Assembly (NCBI GenBank): GCA_047601445.1
Contig: JASGJH010000001.1
Span: 544,001-608,000, forward strand
Origin: Myxococcales bacterium
Lineage (GTDB): Bacteria > Myxococcota_A > Polyangia > Polyangiales > DASUME01
Direction of reading: 5' to 3'
Length of the DNA stretch: 64,000 nucleotides
The position numbers and the translations under genes were made by a program. Shown piece after piece: positions 49,174 through 58,200 of the stretch (its first letter is position 1; the number at the start of each line of letters is the position of its first letter). The notes beneath the pieces were generated by a model. The model was not told the DNA's origin. It saw only the letters and a program-made list of their open reading frames with translations, and ran no database searches.

Positions 49174-49309
49174 GGGGCGAACCGCGCACGCGCACGACTG
49201 CGTTTCAAGAACACGAATACGAAAACACGTACGGGGACGTGCTGCTGCTCGTCCCCGTGTTCGTCCGCGTACTGGTGAGACGTAATCGTGCGCGTGCGCG
49301 ACTCGTCCC
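49174..49309. repeat. Long palindromic (REP/MITE-like) element between convergent mlaF and dam-like genes
   Basis: Perfect 15-bp inverted repeat CGCGCACGCGCACGA (49183-49197)/TCGTGCGCGTGCGCG (49286-49300); inner 9-bp stem ACGGGGACG/CGTCCCCGT. Confidence 0.75.
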
Positions 49310-49315
49310 GGCTCC

Positions 49316-50200
49316 TCAACGGTAGTTGCGAACCACGACCTCTTTGACAGGGCCGCGGGTGCTCGCGTCGCAGCTGACGGCGCGAGGCGCCATCACGGTG
49401 TCGATCTGGAAGCCGCGGTAGAGCTCGCGGATGAAGGGCACGTCGCTGTTGGACAGCATCAGCTTGGCGCCGCGGCGGTCGAGCTCGCGGAACACGTCGC
49501 GCAGGCGGGTCTGATCGGCCTGGCTGAAGCCGTCCTGGGCGTAGGAGGTGAAGTTGGCCGTACGCGAGACGGGCTCGTAGGGGGGATCCATGTACACGAA
49601 GTCGCCCGGGCGGGCTTCGCTGAGCAGGGTCTCGAAGGAGGTGCAGCGGATGTCTGCGCTGGCGAGGCGAGCGCTGGCCGCGAAAAGGTTCTCCGTGTCG
49701 AGGATGCCTGGGTTCTTGTAGGCGCCCATGGGCACGTTGAACTCGCCCTTGCGGTTCACACGGTAGAGCCCGTTGAAGCAGGTCTTGTTCAGGTAAATGA
49801 ACATCGCGGCGCGCTCGACCGCGAGCTTGTGGGAGGTCTTGCCGGAGCGCTGATTGAAGCGCTCGCGCACCGCGTAGTAGCTGTCCTTGTCGTGCTGCTT
49901 GGCCAGTTTGGCGAGCTCGCGCACGAGGTCGCCAGCGTGATCGCGCACGGTGGTGTAGGTGCGGACGAGATCGGGGTTGATGTCACAGAGCAGGGCGCGC
50001 TCGGGGGCGCGCGCGAAAAACATGGCCCCGCCCCCCATGAAAGGCTCCACGTGGCGCATCAGTTCCACGCCCGAGGGCATGAGGGCGCCCAGGGCGTGCC
50101 GGAGTTTTCCCTTTCCTCCCACCCACTTGAGGAAGGGGCCCGCATCCGGGGTGGAGCTCGGGACGGGGCTGACGGCGACTCGCATGGCACGTGTAGGCAT
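49316..50200 (-). CDS. Dam-family (D12) DNA adenine methyltransferase, orphan
   Basis: PFLKWVGGK, EPFMGGG, YLNKTCFNGLYRVN..GEFNVPMG, YMDPPY, FTSY, MLSNS. Confidence 0.92.
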   Translation of the reverse strand: MPTRAMRVAVSPVPSSTPDAGPFLKWVGGKGKLRHALGALMPSGVELMRHVEPFMGGGAMFFARAPERALLCDINPDLVRTYTTVRDHAGDLVRELAKLAKQHDKDSYYAVRERFNQRSGKTSHKLAVERAAMFIYLNKTCFNGLYRVNRKGEFNVPMGAYKNPGILDTENLFAASARLASADIRCTSFETLLSEARPGDFVYMDPPYEPVSRTANFTSYAQDGFSQADQTRLRDVFRELDRRGAKLMLSNSDVPFIRELYRGFQIDTVMAPRAVSCDASTRGPVKEVVVRNYR

Positions 50201-50374
50201 GCGTGGGATGCTATCCCACCCGATCTGGCTCACCAAAAACCCGACGCGTTCGACGATCCGGCCCCGCCCAGGCTCGCCTGGGGGCGCGGGAGTCGTTAGG
50301 TTGCTGCGAACGGGTTGCGTGAGCGCACGGCGACGGCACGGGCGCACGCCCGCGAGAGACAGACGAAGGCGGAC

Positions 50375-51130
50375 ATGGCGAAGAGTGACGTAATCGCGAT
50401 CGAAGGGCTCGAGGTGGACTGCGTGGTCGGCGTGTACCCCCACGAGCGGGACCGCCTGCAGCCCCTACGCGTGGACCTGTACATGGAGTGCGACACGCGG
50501 CGCGCCGGGCAGCACGAGCGCCTGCGGGAATCCGTGGACTATGCGGCGGTGGCCTCGCAGGTGACCTTCCTGCTCAAGACCTGTCGCTTCGGGATGCTCG
50601 AGACAGCGGCCCACGCGCTGTCGCGCCTGCTTTTGGCGCCGCCCGCGTTGGGGGAGCGCCGCGCCCAGGTCGAGGCGCTGCGCCTGCGGCTCACCAAGCC
50701 CTTCGCCTTGTCGGGGCTGGCGGTGCCCTCGCTCCAGATCAGCCGAGACCTCTCCGACGTCACGCTGGAGACCGAAGAGTCGCGTTTCGGGCGCGTGGAC
50801 ATCGTGTTCGAGACCAGCGAGGCGGGCATCTATCGGCTCAACGTGGCGCCCAACAGCGGGATCCCGCTGCACATGCACAAGAAGATGCGCGAGGCCGAGA
50901 TGGTGCTCAGCGACGGCCTGTTGTGTCAGGGAGCGCGCGTGCAGGCGGGCAGCGTGTTCCACTGGCCGTTGCACGCCGCCCATCGCTACGACAATCCGAC
51001 GGATCGCTACCAGACCATCCTGTGCGTGGACTCGCCGAGCTTCATGGAAGACGACGAGATCGAGGTGGACGGTGAGCCCGCCGACGTGAAGCCCACCTTC
51101 ATCTTGCCGCGCGCCACGGTGTCGGCATGA
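50375..51130 (+). CDS. folB: Dihydroneopterin aldolase fused to a cupin domain
   Basis: VGVYPHER..QPLRVDL, SVDY, FGMLE, LTKP (FolB); then LHMHKKMREAE and HWPLHAAHRY cupin motifs. Confidence 0.82.
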   Translation: MAKSDVIAIEGLEVDCVVGVYPHERDRLQPLRVDLYMECDTRRAGQHERLRESVDYAAVASQVTFLLKTCRFGMLETAAHALSRLLLAPPALGERRAQVEALRLRLTKPFALSGLAVPSLQISRDLSDVTLETEESRFGRVDIVFETSEAGIYRLNVAPNSGIPLHMHKKMREAEMVLSDGLLCQGARVQAGSVFHWPLHAAHRYDNPTDRYQTILCVDSPSFMEDDEIEVDGEPADVKPTFILPRATVSA

Positions 51131-51879
51131 GCGTGGGCAGGGTGTCGCTCGTGACCGGGGCCTCCGGGGGCATCGGGCGGGCGGTGGTCGAGCGCCTGGT
51201 CGAGACCGGACGCACGGTGATCGCGACGGGTCGAAAGGGCGACGCACTAGGGGAACTCGAGGCGCGCTTCCCAGGCAGGGTGATCCCGCTGGTGGCGGAC
51301 TTGGCCGTGGCAGGCGAAGCGGACGCGCTCTACGAGCGTGCGTTGGGCGTGAAGGGGCAGCTCAGCGAGCTGGTGTGCGCGGCGGGCATCGTGCACTACG
51401 CACCCGTCGGGCAGGTCAGCGAACGTGATCTGCGGGCGCAACTCGAGCTGAATTTCGTGGCTGCTTTTCTGCTCGGGCAGCGCGTGGGCAAGCACCTGGA
51501 GGAGCGTGGTGCGGGCAGCATGGTGTTCGTGGCGAGCACGCTCGGCGCGCGTCCAGCCAAGCTCACGTCGGCCTACGGTGCCAGCAAAGCCGCTCTGATC
51601 AGCATGGCGCAGGCGTTCGCGCTCGAGCTGGCCCCGCGCGTGCGCGTGAACGTGGTCGCTCCAGGCATCGTGGATACGCCCATGGTGCGTGTGGCGCGCG
51701 ACGGCAGCCAGCTCGACGCAGCGGGCGTGCAAGCACAGCTCGAACGACTTGCGGCCATCCACCCGCTCGAGCGCCTGGGGACGCCCGACGAGGTCGCGCA
51801 GGCCGTGCTGTTCGCGTTGGATGCGAGCTGGATGACGGGCAGCGTGATCACGGTCGATGGCGGCGTGAGCCTGGCCTAG
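51127..51879 (+). CDS. Short-chain dehydrogenase/reductase
   Basis: TGASGGIG, YGASK, RVNVVAPG, TGSVITVDGG; ATGA-coupled to folB-cupin. Confidence 0.9.
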   Translation: MSVGRVSLVTGASGGIGRAVVERLVETGRTVIATGRKGDALGELEARFPGRVIPLVADLAVAGEADALYERALGVKGQLSELVCAAGIVHYAPVGQVSERDLRAQLELNFVAAFLLGQRVGKHLEERGAGSMVFVASTLGARPAKLTSAYGASKAALISMAQAFALELAPRVRVNVVAPGIVDTPMVRVARDGSQLDAAGVQAQLERLAAIHPLERLGTPDEVAQAVLFALDASWMTGSVITVDGGVSLA

Positions 51880-51880
51880 G

Positions 51881-53116
51881 CTAGTGCGCTGATGATTTGC
51901 GCGCGGGTTGCACCCGGCGCATGCCGAGTGCGATGCCGAGGGCCGTCAGGTTGATGCCTGCGCAGGCCCAGAAGGGCACGCTGGGCGCCGAGCGATACAG
52001 CGCCCCCGCCAAGACTGGTCCGAACGTGCGCGCCAGACTCGCCATGCTCTGGTTGGAGCTCAGGGTCTCGCCCTGGCGTGCCGGGTCGGCCAGACGCGAG
52101 ATGTAGGCCGAGATGGATGGCTGCGTGAAGCCGTTGCCCACTGCGATCAGCCCGCTTACGGCGTACAGCGCCCACAGACCCGCTCGCGGCGCCAGGCTGA
52201 AGCCCACGAAGCCCGTGATCATCAAGCCGAGCCCAGCGTAGGCCAACGAGGTCTCGCGAATCTTGCCCGAGACCCGGCGCATGAAGAGCCCCTGCACGAG
52301 CGCGCCGATGAAGCCCATGTACACGAACATCCAGCCCACCTGACGTTCGCGCAGACCGAAGGAGTCCGCGGCATACAGCGCGTAGGTGAACTCCAGCCCG
52401 GAGAAGGCCAGGATGATCAAGCCGTTGGTGCACACCGCCTGTGCGATGCCCGGGGTCTGCAAGGAGCGAGTCAGGGCGGCCAGGCGCTGGGCGATGGGAG
52501 AGCGCCCGTCCGCGGCGCGCGATCTGCGCTCGGGTGGTAGGGACTCGGGTAACGCCGTGAAGGCCCACAGGAGATTGATCAAGCTCAGACCGGCGGCGAC
52601 GAAGCAGGCGAGGGGGCCCACCCGTCCGTTAATGGGCTGCGTGAGCAGACCTCCCACGCCCGGGCCGATGATGAAGCCGATGCCGAAGGCCATGCCGATC
52701 AGGCCCATGCCCTTCACGCGCTCTTCGGGGGTGGTGATGTCCGCGATGTAAGCGCTGGCGGTGCCGAGGTTGGCGGTGGCGGCGCCGCTCGCCGCGCGCG
52801 CCAGAAACAGCCAGGCCACCGAGCTCGCGAAGCCCAGCGCGAGGCCGAGGCCCGCCATGCCGAGCACGGAGAACGCGATGGAGATCAACATCACGGGGCG
52901 GCGGCCGATGCGATCCGAGAGTCGACCCCACAGCGGCATGAACAGGAACTGCATGGCCGAGTAGCAGCCACCGAGCGCGGTCGCCGTAAGCTCGTCGACG
53001 CCGAACACGTCACGGGCCTGCAAGCTCAAGAACGGCATGACGAGGCCGAACCCAAGCAGGTCGAGGAGGACCGTGAGGAAGATGACACCGAGAGACGGGA
53101 CGCGTTCTTTGGCCAC
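51881..53116 (-). CDS. MFS transporter (TetA/DHA1-like)
   Basis: LDLLGFGLVMP, GRLSDRIGRRP motif A, AYIADIT, GFIIGP; start probably GTG 53116. Confidence 0.9.
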   Translation of the reverse strand: MAKERVPSLGVIFLTVLLDLLGFGLVMPFLSLQARDVFGVDELTATALGGCYSAMQFLFMPLWGRLSDRIGRRPVMLISIAFSVLGMAGLGLALGFASSVAWLFLARAASGAATANLGTASAYIADITTPEERVKGMGLIGMAFGIGFIIGPGVGGLLTQPINGRVGPLACFVAAGLSLINLLWAFTALPESLPPERRSRAADGRSPIAQRLAALTRSLQTPGIAQAVCTNGLIILAFSGLEFTYALYAADSFGLRERQVGWMFVYMGFIGALVQGLFMRRVSGKIRETSLAYAGLGLMITGFVGFSLAPRAGLWALYAVSGLIAVGNGFTQPSISAYISRLADPARQGETLSSNQSMASLARTFGPVLAGALYRSAPSVPFWACAGINLTALGIALGMRRVQPARKSSAH

Positions 53117-53246
53117 GACGAGCGGCTGGGGTCTAGCCCGCCGGATCCCGAGGTGCCACGGGGTGATCTCCAACATTCGGGGGGAGATGCCGCGAGTCGG
53201 AGGTCGCCAAGCGGGGGCGCTGCACTAGACTAGCCACGCTTTCCAT

Positions 53247-54095
53247 ATGGGGTCATCCATCGTGTCCTGCTTCGGCGCCTGGTTCATGACGGGCGCGCTC
53301 GCGCGCGGGACAGTGCGCTTTCTGGTGGTCGTGGGGGTGTTGCTGGCGCTGGGGGCGGGCCCGGCGCAGGCCCAGAGCGGCGATGCGCAGCAGGCCAAGG
53401 CCCTGTTCGAGCAGGGCCTCGAGGCGAGCGACTCCGAGCGCTGGGCCGAGGCGGCCGACTACTTCACGCGCTCGCGTGCGCTGCTCGAGCGTCCGAGCAC
53501 GGTGTTCAATCTGGTGGGGGCCCTGTATCGCCTCGGGCGCTATCGCGAAGGCTTGGCCGCCGCGGTGGACTACTTGGCGCTGTCCAACCCGGTGGCCGAT
53601 GCTGCGAAGCGCAAGGAGATCGAGTCGCTGCGTGAGAACATGGCCAAGGCCGTGGGGACCGCGCGCATCGAGGTCGCCCCTGCGGACGCGAACGTGGACC
53701 TCGACGGGGAGGCTCTGACGCCGACCAGCGAGGGCTACACGTTGCAGCTCGATCCCGGCGTGCACGGGCTGGTGGCGCGGCGTGAGGGCTATCGAGACTT
53801 GAATCAGTCCTTCGTCCTCGAGCGCGGCGCTAGCGTGAATCTGCGTGTGCAGCTCGAGCCCAGCTCGGAACCCGCCGCGGTCGAGACGGGCAGCCCCCCG
53901 CTGTTGGCGGAGGGCCCGAACTCCTCCGAGCCGTCGGTCCCTGCTCCCAAGGAGCGCTCGCGCAAGCGGCTGCGGCGCGCCCTCTGGATCACGGGGGCCG
54001 TGCTGGTGGCGGGCGGGGTCGCCACGGCCGTCGCCCTGGCGTTGCGGCCCGAACCCGAGTGCAAGGGCGGCAGCACGGGGTTCTGCCTCGAGTGA
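53247..54095 (+). CDS. TPR + PEGA domain membrane-anchored protein
   Basis: Signal peptide AQA|Q, TPR (AKALFEQG...), PEGA (ANVDLDG...LDPGVHGLVARREGY), C-terminal TM; start may be ATG 53286. Confidence 0.82.
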   Translation: MGSSIVSCFGAWFMTGALARGTVRFLVVVGVLLALGAGPAQAQSGDAQQAKALFEQGLEASDSERWAEAADYFTRSRALLERPSTVFNLVGALYRLGRYREGLAAAVDYLALSNPVADAAKRKEIESLRENMAKAVGTARIEVAPADANVDLDGEALTPTSEGYTLQLDPGVHGLVARREGYRDLNQSFVLERGASVNLRVQLEPSSEPAAVETGSPPLLAEGPNSSEPSVPAPKERSRKRLRRALWITGAVLVAGGVATAVALALRPEPECKGGSTGFCLE

Positions 54096-54104
54096 GGCGC
54101 GCCC

Positions 54105-55130
54105 ATGGCCTCCGCCCCTGAGCCCAGCTTGGCTCCTCCAACGCGCCGCAGGCTCGGCCGCTGGCTCAAATGGTCGCTGCCTGCGCTAGCGCTCGTCCTG
54201 GGTGGCGTGTGGCTCGATCGGCGGCTCACCTTTGCGGCGCTCTTTCTACGCTTCGAGGGGGGCAAGCTGGGGACGAGCTGGCTCTCCCAGTATCGCGCGC
54301 GCAAGGTGACCACCGAGGACTGGCGACTCGCCTTCGGTCGCCGCGGACGCCTCTACGTGCCGGCCGGGGGCGCGACGCGCGGGCTCTTGCTGGTGCACGG
54401 GATGCACCCGCAGGGCATCGACGAGCCGCGCCTCACGGGGTTCGCCCGTAGCTTGGCCGCGAGCGGCGTGGTGGTGGGCACCCCCGAGCTGCCGGACTTG
54501 ATGCGATTCCAGGTCTCCCGCACCGACGTGGTGGCGGTGGCGGACGCGGCCAAGCAGCTCCGGCGTGAGCTGGGCGGCCCGGGCGTGACCGTCTTCGGCG
54601 TGAGCTTCGGAGGCGGACTCGCGCTGCGGGCGGCTTGTGAGCCGGCGCTGTCGGGGGGCTTCGGCAATCTGATCGCCCTGGGAGCCCCGGCGGACTTGGT
54701 GCGGGTGGCCCGGTTCGCGCTCGGCGAGACCGTGGAGGGGCCCGACGGCAAGGCCTTTCCCCTCAAGCCCCATGCCTACGCGCGCAAGGCCATGCTGCAT
54801 TTCTTTCTGGGCAGCGAGCTCGCGGTGCCACCTGGACCGGGTCGCGACGAGGTCCTGCGCCTGGCCCTGAAGGCGCGCACGCCGGAGCTCGCGGCCCTAT
54901 CTCCGTCGGCGTGCCGCACGCCCATCACGGTGCCTGTCCATCTCGCCCACGGCCTCGGCGACAACGTCATTCCGTACACCGAGACGCTGTGGCTCGCGCG
55001 GCAGCTTCCGACTTCGCGCCCGCCCGAGGTGCTGGTGTCTCCGGCCATCTCGCACGCCGAATACGCGCCCCCGACCCTGGCTCAGCGCTTCCAGCTCATC
55101 GAATTCATGGCGAAAGCCGCGGATTGGTGA
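54105..55130 (+). CDS. Alpha/beta-hydrolase fold protein
   Basis: N-terminal TM, LLVHG, GVSFGG nucleophile elbow, HGLGDNVIP, ISHAE. Confidence 0.8.
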   Translation: MASAPEPSLAPPTRRRLGRWLKWSLPALALVLGGVWLDRRLTFAALFLRFEGGKLGTSWLSQYRARKVTTEDWRLAFGRRGRLYVPAGGATRGLLLVHGMHPQGIDEPRLTGFARSLAASGVVVGTPELPDLMRFQVSRTDVVAVADAAKQLRRELGGPGVTVFGVSFGGGLALRAACEPALSGGFGNLIALGAPADLVRVARFALGETVEGPDGKAFPLKPHAYARKAMLHFFLGSELAVPPGPGRDEVLRLALKARTPELAALSPSACRTPITVPVHLAHGLGDNVIPYTETLWLARQLPTSRPPEVLVSPAISHAEYAPPTLAQRFQLIEFMAKAADW

Positions 55131-55200
55131 AGCCCGCGGCATGCTGGCGAGAACGCTCGCTGCGCGCTACACCCGCTAGCCTGTTTTCCCCGGGGTTTCG

Positions 55201-56118
55201 ATGGTCGACGTAAGCAAGCACCGCCTCACGCACCTCCGGCAGCTCGAAGCCGAGAGCATCCACATCATCCGTGAAGTAGCCGCCGAGTTCGAGAAGCCGG
55301 TGATGCTCTACTCCATCGGCAAGGACTCCACGGTGCTCGCGCGCTTGGCGATCAAGGCGTTTCATCCGGCGCCCGTGCCGTTCCCGCTGCTCCACGTGGA
55401 CACCACCTGGAAGTTCCGGGACATGTACGCCTTTCGCGAGAAGTTCGTGAAGGACAACAACCTCAACCTGATCAAGTGGACGAATCCCGACGGCTTGCGG
55501 GACAACGTGAACCCCTTCGATCAGGGCTCCGAGAAGTACACCACGATCATGAAGACTCAGGCGCTGGTGCAGGCGCTCACGAAGCACGGCTTCGACGCCG
55601 CCTTCGGTGGTGCCCGCCGCGACGAAGAGAAGTCGCGCGCCAAGGAGCGCATCTACAGCTTCCGAGACCGCTTCCAGCAGTGGGATCCCAAGAATCAGCG
55701 GCCCGAGCTGTGGAACCTCTACAACTCCAAGATCAACCGCGGTGAGAGCATCCGCGTGTTCCCGATGTCCAACTGGACCGAGCTCGACATCTGGCAATAC
55801 ATCTACCTCGAGCAGCTGCCCATCGTGCCGCTCTACTTCGCGGCGCCGCGCCCGGTGGTGGAGCGTGGTGGCTCGTTGATCATGGTGGACGACGAGCGCA
55901 TGCGCTTGAACCCCGGCGAGACGCCGATGACGAAGATGATCCGCTTCCGCACGCTCGGTTGCTACCCGCTGTCGGGCGCCATCGAGAGCGAAGCGACCAC
56001 GCTGCCCGAGATCATCCGCGAGATGTTGATGACGCGTTACTCCGAGCGGCAGGGCCGCTTGATCGATCACGACCAGGCCGCGTCCATGGAGCGCAAGAAG
56101 CGCGAGGGTTACTTCTGA
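55201..56118 (+). CDS. cysD: Sulfate adenylyltransferase subunit 2
   Basis: [49 protein letters not shown]. Confidence 0.97.
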   Translation: MVDVSKHRLTHLRQLEAESIHIIREVAAEFEKPVMLYSIGKDSTVLARLAIKAFHPAPVPFPLLHVDTTWKFRDMYAFREKFVKDNNLNLIKWTNPDGLRDNVNPFDQGSEKYTTIMKTQALVQALTKHGFDAAFGGARRDEEKSRAKERIYSFRDRFQQWDPKNQRPELWNLYNSKINRGESIRVFPMSNWTELDIWQYIYLEQLPIVPLYFAAPRPVVERGGSLIMVDDERMRLNPGETPMTKMIRFRTLGCYPLSGAIESEATTLPEIIREMLMTRYSERQGRLIDHDQAASMERKKREGYF

Positions 56119-57986
56119 TGTCGACCGCAACCCAGAACGTAAGCGCCAAGTCCGACGAAGAGCTGATCGACAAGGACATCCTGGGCTTCCTGCAGAAGCA
56201 CGAGAACAAGGAGCTCCTGCGCTTCGTGATCGTGGGCTCCGTGGATGACGGCAAGAGCACGCTCATCGGCCGCCTCCTGTTCGAGCTCAAGGCGGTCTAC
56301 GAGGACCAGCTCGAGGCCGTGATGAAGGCGACCACCATGGTCGGCGTGCCGATCGACTTCTCGCTCATCACCGACGGCCTCGAGGCCGAGCGCGCCCAGG
56401 GCATCACCATCGACGTGGCCTATCGGTACTTCACCACCGAGAAGCGCAAGTTCATCGTGGCGGATACGCCCGGCCACACCCAGTACACGCGCAACATGGT
56501 GACCGGTGCCTCCACGGCGGACGTGGGCATCATCTTGATCGACGCGCGCCTGGGCGTGCTCGAACAGTCCCGCCGCCACGCTTACATCGCGTCGCTTCTG
56601 GGGATCCCGCACCTGCTGGTGGCAGTGAACAAGATGGACCTGGTGGAGTACGGTCAGGCTCGCTTCGAGGAGATTCAGGCCGAGTTCCGCAAGTTCACGG
56701 CGAGTCTGAACTTCAAGGACGTGACGTTCGTGCCCGTCAGCGCCCTGTTGGGCGAGAACGTGGTGCAGCGCGGCGAGCACATGCCCTGGTACGAGGGCCC
56801 CACCGTGCTCGGTTTCTTGGAGACGGTGCCGATCGCCGAGGATCGCAATCTCAAGGACTTCCGCTTCCCCGTGCAGTACGTGATCCGTCCGCACCTCAAC
56901 TACCGCGGCTTTGCTGCGCAGTTGGCGAGCGGCGTGGTGAAGAAGGGGGACTCGGTGATGGTGTTGCCCTCGGGCAAGACCTCCCGCGTGAAGGGCATCG
57001 ATGCCTTCGACGGCGAGCGCCAGGAGGCGTTCATGCCCGAGAGCGTGACGATCCGACTCGAAGACGAGATCGACTGCTCGCGCGGCGACATGCTGGTGCA
57101 CCCGAACAACCGCCCACGCGTGGGACGCAGCTTCCAGGCCGACGTGGTGTGGATGCACGAGCGCCCGCTGGATCCACAGAAGAGCTACTTCCTCAAGCAC
57201 ACCTCGCAGACCATCCGCATGCAGGTGGAGATGGTGCACGACCGCATCGAGCTCACCACTCTGGAGCGGGTGCCCGCGCAGACTCTCGCGCTGAACGAGA
57301 TCGGCTGCCTCACCATCACCTGCCACCGCCCGGTCTACTACGACGCCTACCTCGACAACCGAGCCACGGGCGCCTTCGTGATCGTGGACTCCCTGAATAA
57401 CGCCACCGTGGCGGCCGGCATGATCCGGCGCGACGAGGGCGAGGCCGACCAGAGCGTGGACGATGCGCTCAAGGAGCTGCGCGCCGGCTCGGGTCTCGCC
57501 AACCGCACTCAGGTGAGCCCCAAGGAGCGACGCGAGCGGCTCGGTCAGACGGGCGTGACGGTGTGGCTCTCGGGCTTGCCGGGGTCCGGCAAGGTCAACG
57601 TGGCCTACGTACTCGAGCGCAAGTTGTTCGATATGGGACACTCGGCCCACGTGCTGGCTCCCGAGGGGCACGCCATCGAGGCCGTCGCCGTGGCCGCCAA
57701 GGCGCTCACCGACGCGGGGCTCATCTCCATCTGCGCCTTGCCCGCCAAGACACGCGCGGAGCGCGCCCTGGTACGCGAGAAGGTCGGGGGCGAGCGCTTC
57801 GTGGAGGTCTTCGTGAACACGGACCCTGCCATCAGCGCCGAGCGTAAGCCCGACGCAGACCGCGTCGGCTTCGAAGCGCCGGCCCAGCCGGACCTCACGT
57901 TGTCGCAGGACGACTCTCGCGTGGAGCGCGCCGTCGACAAGATCATCGAACTCCTGGCCAAGCGCAGCCAGGTGGACCTCGGCTGA
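56118..57986 (+). CDS. cysN: Sulfate adenylyltransferase GTPase subunit fused to a degenerate APS-kinase domain
   Basis: GSVDDGKSTLIGRL, QGITIDVAYRYF, DTPGH, NKMD; C-terminal CysC-like WLSGLPGSGK..DAGLI..FVEVFV..FEAP lacking LDGD and lid. Confidence 0.93.
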   Translation: MSTATQNVSAKSDEELIDKDILGFLQKHENKELLRFVIVGSVDDGKSTLIGRLLFELKAVYEDQLEAVMKATTMVGVPIDFSLITDGLEAERAQGITIDVAYRYFTTEKRKFIVADTPGHTQYTRNMVTGASTADVGIILIDARLGVLEQSRRHAYIASLLGIPHLLVAVNKMDLVEYGQARFEEIQAEFRKFTASLNFKDVTFVPVSALLGENVVQRGEHMPWYEGPTVLGFLETVPIAEDRNLKDFRFPVQYVIRPHLNYRGFAAQLASGVVKKGDSVMVLPSGKTSRVKGIDAFDGERQEAFMPESVTIRLEDEIDCSRGDMLVHPNNRPRVGRSFQADVVWMHERPLDPQKSYFLKHTSQTIRMQVEMVHDRIELTTLERVPAQTLALNEIGCLTITCHRPVYYDAYLDNRATGAFVIVDSLNNATVAAGMIRRDEGEADQSVDDALKELRAGSGLANRTQVSPKERRERLGQTGVTVWLSGLPGSGKVNVAYVLERKLFDMGHSAHVLAPEGHAIEAVAVAAKALTDAGLISICALPAKTRAERALVREKVGGERFVEVFVNTDPAISAERKPDADRVGFEAPAQPDLTLSQDDSRVERAVDKIIELLAKRSQVDLG

Positions 57987-58200
57987 CGCGGCGCGCGGAC
58001 GCGGCCGACGCCATGTCCCCAGCGCGTCTTCGAGAACCCCGACGCCCGTCGCGATGAATCGCGGCGGAATTGGGTAATTCTTGAATTTCGAGCAGTTAAC
58101 GAATTCGGGCGTCGCGCGCCGTGCCCGCGTGATAGGGTCCGCCCCGGATGGCGCTGTCTCGCGCATCCCATCGCCAATCCGCTGTTCAGTCGGAGGGATC

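Noticed and set aside
58040..58115. AT-rich tract with inverted repeats (CGACGCCCG/CGGGCGTCG, GAATT..AATTC) as an ncRNA or mobile-element end
   Set aside because: Compatible with an ordinary terminator/promoter region between cysNC and the beta-helix gene; no further support.
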